A DNA stretch of 64,000 nucleotides from the NCBI GenBank assembly GCA_918797485.1, contig CAKKNE010000001.1:3410001-3474000 (forward strand), in the 5' to 3' direction. The notes beneath the pieces were generated by a model. That model was not told where the DNA came from, made no database searches, and worked only from the letters and a program-made list of their open reading frames with translations. Below are positions 18,028 through 26,798 of this stretch, piece after piece (within the stretch, counting starts at the first letter, position 1; each line of letters begins with the position of its first letter). This DNA comes from Pelagomonas calceolata (lineage: Eukaryota). Made by a program: the position numbers and the translations under genes.

Positions 18028-19536
18028 ATGCCGATCTCGGACGAGGAGCTGAGGAGGAGAACCCTCGTCGCGTCGGGCCGCTACGACGAACTTTCAAGAC
18101 TGCTGCAGTCCGTGAAGCTCCGGAAGCTGCTCGTATCATTATCGAAGGCGGGCGTCGAGGACGCGACGCTCGATAGTGTAGGTCTGGAGACGCTGAACGA
18201 GTTTGACATTAGCGCGAAGAACCCTGGGGAAAGGATCCTCCTGCTGGAGGCGCTGCGGGCGCGGCTGGCCCGCCGCGGCGGCGACGGGCGCAAGCGCGGC
18301 ACGGTCATCACCGCGTGCAAGGGCTATTGCTTCGTGAGGGCGGACGGTCAACCGAAAAAGAAGGGCAAGGACGGCTACTACTGCAGCTTCAAGGACGTTG
18401 AAGGGAGGAAGAGTTTGGTGAAGGGAGATAGAGTGGCGTTCGAGGTCGTTTCCTGTAATCCTGGGAGCAAGCACACTCACAAGCTCCAGAACGTCGTCGT
18501 CATCTCCGATGATGATGGCACACTCCTCGGGCGCCTAGGTCTGGGACACCTCGCGCCCGTCCTCGCGCGAGAACAGATCGATGAGGAGACTCTACCGCTG
18601 CTCAGTGTCGAGGACCTCGTCGAGGCCGGGATTTCAAAGAACGAGGCTAAGCTCATCGTGGCCACCGCGGCCGCGCCGCCGAGCCCTCCCAAGAAGCCCA
18701 ACGGGGAGCACGAGCGCACCCTCGCGGAGGCCAAGGGAGCCGTGCTGCGGCTGATGGAAGAGAATAAGCGCCTCCGGGAGGAGTCGTCGGCCGGGTTGGT
18801 GAAGGAGAACCGGCGCCTCCGCGACGAGTTGGCCGCCGCGAAGGCGAGTCGCTCGGAAGAAATTGCCGCCGCCGCTGCGAAGGCCTACACCTCCGAAAAG
18901 GCGGCGAATCGCTGCGCTTTGGAAGGATTGGAGCTCATGAAAAGGGAACGGGAAAACGCCGTGCGAGCGCTCGCCGAGGAGACCGCGGCGCACGCCGCTA
19001 CGAGGGCAGAACTCCAGGACCGCGACGAGAAGGCTCGGACCCGCGCCATGTTCTTCGCGACGGAGCTTGAGGACGCCGTGCGGGGACTCGCGGAGGAGCG
19101 ACAGGCGCACCAAGCGACGCGGCAGCAGCTGACTCCTTTCTTAAGCGGCGCCTACCAGGGCGGCGTCGAAGCGCAACTGACGGAGTGGCGCGGCACCGCG
19201 CAGGACGCGCTGAAGGAGCTCGCGATGGAGCGGGACGTCCACGTGCGGACAAAGAGAGCGCTCGACGCGGAACAAGCTGCGCACGCCGCGACGCGGGACC
19301 GGACGGTCATGCGAGTCGTAGAGTCGAAGCGCGCGCTCGAGGCGGAGCAAGTGGCGCACGCCGCGACGCGGGCCGAGCTCTCCGCGACGAAGGGGGCCCT
19401 CGCGCGCATGGCGGCGAGAGCTGGCGCTTTCGGGGCCCCGGAGAAGTCGAAGACCGCACCGACGGCCGAGCCGACGGCCGAGCCGCCGACAGCCGAGCCT
19501 ACCTCGGAGCCTGAGCTCACGACGGAGCCGATCTAG
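18028..19536 (+). CDS. SAM / cold-shock OB / SAM / coiled-coil protein
   Basis: CSD-like KGYCFVRADG...SLVKGDRVAFEV; SAM-like LGLGHLAPVLAREQIDEETLPLLSVEDLVEAGI; AHAATRAEL repeats. Confidence 0.7.
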   Translation: MPISDEELRRRTLVASGRYDELSRLLQSVKLRKLLVSLSKAGVEDATLDSVGLETLNEFDISAKNPGERILLLEALRARLARRGGDGRKRGTVITACKGYCFVRADGQPKKKGKDGYYCSFKDVEGRKSLVKGDRVAFEVVSCNPGSKHTHKLQNVVVISDDDGTLLGRLGLGHLAPVLAREQIDEETLPLLSVEDLVEAGISKNEAKLIVATAAAPPSPPKKPNGEHERTLAEAKGAVLRLMEENKRLREESSAGLVKENRRLRDELAAAKASRSEEIAAAAAKAYTSEKAANRCALEGLELMKRERENAVRALAEETAAHAATRAELQDRDEKARTRAMFFATELEDAVRGLAEERQAHQATRQQLTPFLSGAYQGGVEAQLTEWRGTAQDALKELAMERDVHVRTKRALDAEQAAHAATRDRTVMRVVESKRALEAEQVAHAATRAELSATKGALARMAARAGAFGAPEKSKTAPTAEPTAEPPTAEPTSEPELTTEPI

Positions 19537-19564
19537 AATTAACAAGATGTGGTACTTACTTTCC

Positions 19565-20299
19565 CTAGGGCGCCGCGCCGCCCTTCTTGCACCGCTCGAC
19601 CGCCGCCTTGAACACTTGGGAATCGCTGTACTTCTCCAAAGCCGCCACCCACAGTAAGTTCGTCATGTCGTACTTCTTGAGCACCGTCAGTACGTGGTTC
19701 TGCATGAGGTTGTTTCTAGTTTCATTCAATTGGGACGTCGTGACCTGCGCGCCTCGAGCCTTCAACTGCTGCAGATGTTGCGAGAAGGCTATTTGAGCCT
19801 GCTGCACGGCGCCCATGTACTCCTCGAAGATCACACACATCTTCTCGACCGTCAAATCCTCAGGTAAATCCAACTCGACTCTCCCGCCGACATTCGTGTA
19901 CAGGCTCCTCAGGTTGTTGCACGCCTCGACGACCTTATCATCCCGCGTCTCCTTCGCTTCGTAATACGCACAAGCGTGTTCCACCTCGTCCTCGTCCTTG
20001 CCGAACTCCCGGAAGACCACGGACTGCACTTCCTTAAGTTGGGTTTCGAAGTGTTCCACTAAGTAACTCTGGAGCATCTGCTGGGGGATCTGGGCGCCCT
20101 GGGCCTGGATCTTTCTCATTAAATTATTGATTTGTTGCTGCATGATCATAGTGATCTTCTCCATGATTTGTGTACACTCCGAGGGGGTGACGGTCGGGAG
20201 GTCGTCCGCGTCGTCGTCGTCCTCGGCTGGGCCGTAGAGGTAGTAGGCGGCGGCGGCGCCGCACGCGAGGGCGCCCGTTACGGCGAGGGCTTTGGCCAT
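19565..20299 (-). CDS. Hypothetical protein with N-terminal membrane anchor
   Basis: Long ORF with coding-like codon usage; helical and Gln-rich. Confidence 0.7.
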   Translation of the reverse strand: MAKALAVTGALACGAAAAYYLYGPAEDDDDADDLPTVTPSECTQIMEKITMIMQQQINNLMRKIQAQGAQIPQQMLQSYLVEHFETQLKEVQSVVFREFGKDEDEVEHACAYYEAKETRDDKVVEACNNLRSLYTNVGGRVELDLPEDLTVEKMCVIFEEYMGAVQQAQIAFSQHLQQLKARGAQVTTSQLNETRNNLMQNHVLTVLKKYDMTNLLWVAALEKYSDSQVFKAAVERCKKGGAAP

Positions 20300-20489
20300 C
20301 GCTCTTCTTCGGCGGCGCTGCGGCCCCTGGCGAGGTGGTGCTGTGGCCTTGCTTGTGGCGGCCCCGCAATGCACGGAGGTGGACTGTACTTTTTTAACGG
20401 CTTGCGGCGAGTTACTGCTGCGCGTGGGAAACTGTCGCGTCGGCCGTATGCGTGCTTATGCTTCAGTGTGGTCTCCGCTTTCAGCTCTC

Positions 20490-20513
20490 GCTAGTGTCTT
20501 ACTGGACGCTAGC
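20490..20513 (-). promoter_or_regulatory. Bipartite CTAG promoter motif
   Basis: Plus strand GCTAGTGTCTTACTGGACGCTAGC between divergent genes. Confidence 0.7.
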
Positions 20514-20749
20514 GGGAGTTGGCCGCACTTCGGCATTTTACGTGCAAAGGAGACGAACAAGTCGTCTCTGATACCGCATCAGTTGCGTGGCAGCGCGCTG
20601 GAAGCGTTGGAGCATCGGTGCGCCGTGGGAGCTCGCTGTACTGACTATTGCTCTCTCACAGCCGGTTTTGCGACCGTCATACGCGTGCAACGCCTCGCCA
20701 TCTGTCCGATCGCATAAGCCATTTGTTTGGGCGGCTGGTCGACGAAAGG

Positions 20750-21487
20750 ATGCGTGCGAGGCTGCTGGCCTCCAGGCTCTGCAGGGCGGTTTTGAGGCCG
20801 CGCCGCCAGGTCTCAGACGTCACCAACCTGGAGATCGTCCGGCAGAACACCGCACTTATCACTTACGCCGACGGCAACACTGAAACAAAAGACACGCGCA
20901 CGCTGCGCCAGGACGACGCGGCGACGAGCGCGTGGATGCTGGCGCGGGCGGCTCTGGACGCCACCGCGTCTGAATTCGCCTGCGCTGCGCTGGATGAATC
21001 CCCGTTCCTGAGCCGCGCGGCGCTGCTCGACCGCAAGCTGCATGGCTCCGAGGCCCGTGTCGACACTCCAGCCACACGCTTCGGCCAGGCCTCGGAGCCG
21101 CTCGCCGTGCAGGCGTACCGCGACAAGACCGGGTTTGACGTGCGGGCGACGGGCCTCTACACCTGCGCCGACCTGCGCTACGGCGCGAGCCCCGACGGCG
21201 TCGTCGTCGACCGCGCGACGGGCGAGGAGGGGTTGTTGGAAGTGAAGTGCCTCTACCGCGAGCGAAAACGTACCTTCGTCTCGGCGGCGAAGCCGCCGGC
21301 GCGATTCCTGGCGCAGGTCCAGGGCCAGCTCGCGCTCTCGGGGCACGCGTGGTGCGACCTCGTGATGTGGATCCCTTCTCATCTGGCGATCTTCCGGGTC
21401 GCGCGCGACGCGTACTACTGGGACGCCGTCCTCAAGCCGGGGCTCGTCGCGTTCTCGGACGAGCTGCGGCGGCGCCGTGTGTTGTGA
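20750..21487 (+). CDS. YqaJ-like viral recombinase / lambda-exonuclease family nuclease
   Basis: TASEFA, FGQASEP, YGASPDG, LLEVKC and QVQGQL...WCDLV motifs; Arg-rich presequence-like N-terminus. Confidence 0.85.
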   Translation: MRARLLASRLCRAVLRPRRQVSDVTNLEIVRQNTALITYADGNTETKDTRTLRQDDAATSAWMLARAALDATASEFACAALDESPFLSRAALLDRKLHGSEARVDTPATRFGQASEPLAVQAYRDKTGFDVRATGLYTCADLRYGASPDGVVVDRATGEEGLLEVKCLYRERKRTFVSAAKPPARFLAQVQGQLALSGHAWCDLVMWIPSHLAIFRVARDAYYWDAVLKPGLVAFSDELRRRRVL

Positions 21488-21501
21488 CAGTTAAGACAAA
21501 A

Positions 21502-22395
21502 TTAGACAACGTCCTTCGCGTCCCGGAACTCGTCCTCGACTTCTCCCCTCCGCGCGAGCTCGACGTCCCCGAGCAGCTCCTCCCGGTCCAGTTGGAGCAC
21601 GTAGGACGGCGGCGTCTTCCCAAATAGGCATGCGCGCCAGTTCTGTACACACCCACGATCATGAGGGTTGCTCCTTCGAGAGGGATACGTCGCCCGCAGG
21701 TCTTCGTTCGTCGTTAAATTCCGCGAGATAAGCGTAAAGTGATACGCGAACAAACCACCGACCAGCAGAAAGATCACCACACAATAAGCCGTCAACGACG
21801 CCAATCCAATAACGTGCCACGGCTCGACGCGATCGAGGTAATGTTTTGATTTTGACAACGTGTATAGTCTAAGACCGCTCTTCAGACCCACAACCAATGC
21901 CAATGAAGTCGTCCAAAACACAAAAGCCACGAAATAGTAATAGTTCCGCAGCCCGACCGCGTTGCCGACCCAGGGGCAATGGTGATCGAAGCGTTCCACT
22001 ACTGAATCCGTGTGCCGCGTGTACTTCGCGCGCCTTTCCTGGAGCTTGATGCGGTGGCCCCGTATGACGACGTGCGTGATCTTGCGCCGCGCTTGCTTCG
22101 TTTCTTCCCGGGGTTCGTCGGGCGGCGCCGCCGGCAGGATGCCGGGCTCGGTGACCATGGCCGCTACCAATGATGCTAGAGATAGGGTCAAGCACAGTAG
22201 TGCCAAGCATGCGGGGAGGATCGATGATTGTTTACGAGGGAGCAGGTAGAAGAATGAAGCGGTGGGCACGAGGATCATTGTTACAGAAGCGCCGGACGCG
22301 TCGTCGCCGCTGCGCGGCCTTGCTAGTAAACAGCGCCCGCCGCAGCACGGGCGGTAGCGGCCGCGGACGCTGCGGTAGCGGTCTTGTCCCGGCAT
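21502..22395 (-). CDS. DHHC palmitoyltransferase
   Basis: VERFDHHCPWVGNAVGLRNY, NLTTNE and NPHDRG motifs. Confidence 0.95.
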   Translation of the reverse strand: MPGQDRYRSVRGRYRPCCGGRCLLARPRSGDDASGASVTMILVPTASFFYLLPRKQSSILPACLALLCLTLSLASLVAAMVTEPGILPAAPPDEPREETKQARRKITHVVIRGHRIKLQERRAKYTRHTDSVVERFDHHCPWVGNAVGLRNYYYFVAFVFWTTSLALVVGLKSGLRLYTLSKSKHYLDRVEPWHVIGLASLTAYCVVIFLLVGGLFAYHFTLISRNLTTNEDLRATYPSRRSNPHDRGCVQNWRACLFGKTPPSYVLQLDREELLGDVELARRGEVEDEFRDAKDVV

Positions 22396-22606
22396 CTTTG
22401 CCGCGTCGACGGCTTGTTCCCGACGGCGGCGCTGTGGAATTATCTGTGAGCAGGGTAGGGCTGATACTCCACAGACGTTCGCGGCGACCTCGACGTGTGC
22501 AGCAGCGATGTCTGCTTACTCAGAGCGTTCGTGAGAGGCGCAGCCAGGCTCAGTCTTCGCTGTACGCCTCTGTTAAGACCGTTTTTTGGTCGATCGAGCA
22601 TGGAGA

Positions 22607-22630
22607 GCTAGCGTGTCGACACACACTAGC
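22607..22630 (+). promoter_or_regulatory. Bipartite CTAG promoter motif
   Basis: GCTAGCGTGTCGACACACACTAGC between DHHC and TOP3A. Confidence 0.65.
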
Positions 22631-22829
22631 CAGCGCTCGAGTTTTTGTCGTTTTTTGCGTTTACGAGCGCGCCAGAGCGAGCATTGCTCGAAGCGACAGC
22701 GCCAGGTTATCCGCGGCCTCCGCTGGTCGCGCGCTGCGGCGTCTCGCCCCGCACAACGCCGCCGCAGAGGCGTGAGACCGTTCCCAGCGCCGCGGCGCAC
22801 CGCGCACGACGGCGGCCCGCGCGGCGACA

Positions 22830-25725
22830 ATGCTGCGCGCGCTGCACGTCGCCGAGAAGCCGAGCGTGGCCAAAAAAGTCGCCGAGCACCTCGGGAGCCT
22901 AGGTGGTCCCACCACCAATAGATCGGGACCGAGCCCCTACAACCGCCTTTATGATTTTGAGACGCCGGGCACACCACTCACAAACAACCGACGCGTCAGG
23001 CACACCGTTACCTCAGTAACAGGTCATCTGATGGCGTCGGAGTTCGCCGAGCCGCACAACAAGTGGCACGCGTGCGCGCCTCGGGATTTACTGCGGGAGG
23101 ACGTATCACAAGTAGAATTCCGCGTCGCTGATGATAAACTACCTCTGAAGCAACAACTGGAACAAGAAGCGCGCCAGAACGACTGGTTAGTTTTATGGTT
23201 GGATTGTGATAGGGAGGGCGAGGCGATTGCCTATGAGGTGGTCGATGTCTGTCGGAAGAAGAAGGCGTCGTTGGACTTATATCGGGCCGTCTTCTCGTCC
23301 GTCGATAAGCAGTCCATCCAGCAGGCTTGGAGATCACTGCAGCGACCGGACAAGCGCAAGGCCGACGCCGTCGCTGCTAGAAGTGAACTAGATTTACGAG
23401 CAGGAGCGGCCTTCACGCGCTTCCAGACCTTCAGGATCGATGGGCGGTACGAGGACGTCCAGACGAAAGTGGTCAGTTACGGGCCCTGCCAGTTCCCGTG
23501 CGATCTCGGCGTCCCGCGGTGCTGCGGTGCCTTCACGCCATCGACGCGACTCGTGTCCATCAGACGAGGTCGTGGGTGGTCTCTTTTTTGAGTTTGAGGC
23601 CTTTCGGACCGAGTCGAGCGACCGCGATGCTCCGCGCAGGACCCTAGGCTTCATCGTCCAGCGCCAGCAGGAGATCGAGGCCCACGCTCACAAACAGTTC
23701 TGGAAGATTGATTTAGCTACTAAGATAGACCAACAACATGTGAAGTGGTCCTGGCGGAGAAAACGAGTGTTTGATGAAGTTGTAGCTTCATTGTTGTTCG
23801 AACGCGTGTTAGAATCTCCTGGTACTATTGAACGAGTACAACCCAAACCGGCGACGAAAGTGCGACCCGTGCCCCTGTGTACGCTCGAGTTGCAAAAACG
23901 AGCGTCGCGGTGGCTACGTTTAGCTCCAGACGCGACCATGGAAGTAGCTGAGAAATTATATCAAAACGCTCTCATCTCGTACCCTAGAACAGAAACGGAG
24001 ATCTTCAAGCCTGGACTCGACTTGAGAGATCTGATCGATAGGCAGCGCGGCGATCCTCGCTTCGCAAGTTTTTGTGGAGACCTACTGGACAAACCAGCGA
24101 ATGACCCTCGTAGTTTTTGCCAGCCGCGAGCCGGCAAACGAGACGACGAGGCCCACCCGCCGATCCACCCCACGGGCGACGGTTCGCAGTTAACAGACCC
24201 AAGACAGAAGGCCGTTTTTGAGTTAGTTACGAGGCATTTCCTAGCCTGTTGTGCGAAGGACGGTGTGGGACGACAGACGTTGGTGGATGCGGATATCGGC
24301 GGCGAGAAGTTCGAAGCGCGAGGTTTGATTATCGACCAGCGAGGCTGGCTGGATATCTATCGCTGGGAGCGGTGGTCCGGGACGCAATTGCCTCTACTCC
24401 AAGAGGGCCAATTGTTTGATATCACGAAAGTGGAACTCGTTGCCGGTAAGACCCAACCGCCTCCCCTACTCACGGAGGCGGATCTGCTCGCGAAGATGGA
24501 CGCGCACGGCATCGGCACGGACGCGACGATGGCCGATCATATAAAAACGGTACTGACGCGGGAGTACGCGACGCGAGCGAACCAGCCGCCCCACGTGCTC
24601 AAACCGACACCGTTGGGAAGGGCATTAGTAGACGCCTACGACGCCATGGGCGAGCGCCTCAACAGACCTGAGTTACGGGCGGCTGCGGAAGCGGACTTTA
24701 CCTCCATCGCCAATGGCAAGAAGACGAAGGCTCAAGTGATAGCGGAGACGTTGGTAACGATGCGGAGGTGCTTCGACGTCGTGCAGAGAGACGTCGCGAA
24801 ATTAGATGAAGCGATGCGGAAGCGCTTCGGCGGCGCCGCCGGAGACGGGCCGGCGCCGGATTTGAACCTGGACTTCGCGGGGACGACGTGCGGCGACTGC
24901 GGCGGTACCATGCAGTTATACTCAAGAAATGACCGCCCGTCGCTGCGCTGCGACCAGTGTGAGACGTGGTGGCCTTTACCTGATAGACAAGGTGTGACCA
25001 TCGAGCCGCGTTCGGCAACATGTCCATTGTGCCAGTTCCAGTTGGTTGATATCAAATTCGATCCCAATGGGCGAAAGCAGCCGCACTGCCCGCACTGCTA
25101 CACCGCGCCGCCGCCCGGCGCGCACGCGGGAAGTACGGGCGGGCGCATGGCCTGCCGCGACTGCGCCCATGCCGGTTGTAGTCTCGCGACGGGCGTGCGA
25201 GGCGGGTCCCTGGCCGTGGCGAAGTGTGCTTGCGGCGGCGACCTGAAATTACGGAGGACGCCGGCGGCCAAGTTCGTGCTCGGGTGCACGTCTCAGCAAT
25301 GCGGCTCGGCGGCCTGGTTCCCCTCGGCCGTTGCTAGTGCGCGGGTCTTGGAAGATAGCGACTGTCCACAATGTTCGGCGCCGGGCGCGCCGGTCCGCCG
25401 GCTCAAGCTCAAGCTCCCGTCAGCAAAAGTGCCGCCGGGGACGGACCTCAACCCGACGCTCTGCGCGCTGTGTTGCAGGGGAGAGATCCTGCATCTGGGC
25501 TTCGACCGGCGGAACCTGCGGGTCGGCGGGCGGGGCCGCGGCGGGCGCGGACGGGGCGGAGGGCGTGGGCGGGGCGGCCGCACGCGGGGGCCGCCGGCGC
25601 CGGCGGGCGTCGACCAGAACAAGCGGCCGAAGGTCGCGGCGGCTCAACCGCCGCGGCCGGCGCCGCGGGGCCCGCCGCAGCCGCTCCAGCAGCGGGGGCC
25701 GCCCCAGCCGCAGCTGCGGCGGTAG
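22830..25725 (+). CDS. TOP3A: DNA topoisomerase III alpha; intron 23498-23639
   Basis: VAEKPSVA, WLDCDREGEAI, SYGPCQFP|TLGF, ISYPRTET (catalytic Tyr), GIGTDAT, C-terminal Zn ribbons and RGG tail. Confidence 0.95.
23498..23639 (+). other. Spliceosomal intron with introner core motif (no TIR)
   Basis: GT...CAG removal restores the conserved QFPTLGF; contains CACGCCATCGACGCG. Confidence 0.85.
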
Positions 25726-25767
25726 TTGTTTGTAAAGTGACTGTTATAAATTGCGCGGAGAGGTGGA

Positions 25768-26389
25768 CTAGAGACCCATCTTCATGCGCGCCTCGGCCGC
25801 GATGGCCTCCTTCGCACCGCGTGCGCCGAGGTCCTGCACGAGCGCGGAGCGGAAGGTGCCGTTCAGGACGAGCGCGGCGCCGTACCAGACGACGAGCATG
25901 CCGTAGACGGCCCACGCAGGCGCCGGCCTGTGTGGAAATCAAACTTCAGGCGCCCCATGCGATGGCGTGATGTTTTTCGCACAGGCGCGGGCTTGATCTT
26001 TTCTTCAGGATTAGCTTCCGGGATCGGGTCTTTTTGCCAAAACCACTTCTTCTTCTTCGGAGCCGGGGCTGGGGCCGGCGCCGCGGCCGCCGCCACGGCC
26101 GCGGCCGCCGGCGCGGCCGCCGCCTTGATAGCTTCGGCGGGCTCTTCCTTCACCTCCCCCTTCTCCTTCTTCTCCTCGCCGATGCCGGCGATGCCGTGGA
26201 ACGGCGACCGGCCGCGGATGATGTTGAGCGGTATCTTAGGATGCGTGGGCCACTGAGAGAAATCGACCAAAAATGCTTGAAGCGGCGGCGTATGCGGCGT
26301 AGGCGCTTGCACGTGTATAGTACCGACCCTATGCGCCCCCCGGGAGACCTGTTTGGCAGGGATTGACAGGATTCCACTGGCATGGCCAT
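25768..26389 (-). CDS. Hypothetical single-TM protein; introner intron 25928-25992; 5' structure uncertain
   Basis: Splicing gives IKPAPAWAVYGMLVVWYGAALVLNG...KMGL*. Confidence 0.55.
25928..25992 (-). mobile_element. Introner element, GC-AG intron (65 nt)
   Basis: TIR CTGTGTGGAAATC / TTTTTCGCACAG; TSD GCGCCGGC / GCGCGGGC. Confidence 0.85.
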
Positions 26390-26517
26390 GGGCGGCTCGT
26401 CGGCCGCGAATTAAAAAAAAAATTTTTCGGCCCCCAGTACGTGTCCCATTGATCTCTTTGGACCATTAGCTTACTGAACGATACTCAAACGGCTGCATGC
26501 GCGTTCCGAGTTTGCTT

Positions 26518-26542
26518 GCTAGTGTCTTTACATGCCGCTAGC
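26518..26542 (-). promoter_or_regulatory. Bipartite CTAG promoter motif
   Basis: Plus strand GCTAGTGTCTTTACATGCCGCTAGC between divergent genes. Confidence 0.7.
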
Positions 26543-26798
26543 CTGGGCTGCTCCCGGGCAAAAATCGCTTCGTGAGGCGCAGGGAGCAGGAAAAATACAC
26601 CAAGCAAGGTTTTCTGCACTCGTTAGATCGGGCGCGAAAGCATCAATCTCGGACTGTGCCCATTAGCAAAGGCTGTGGACCACACCCAGCTACCATCACT
26701 GACCACACTGCGCCTCTTCAATCGAGGCGACTGCACCCAAGAGAGCTGCATCGATTAACGCTCGAAAAAAGCCACGCACCAACGACCAACCGTAAACG

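Noticed and set aside
20750..21487. Integrated provirus around the YqaJ gene
   Set aside because: Neighbours are ordinary host genes; no capsid, integrase, polymerase or terminal repeats were seen.
22830..25725. TOP3A, ABCB, SulP and the NTP-transferase gene as frameshifted pseudogenes
   Set aside because: Each break is resolved by a GT/GC-AG intron that restores conserved motifs.
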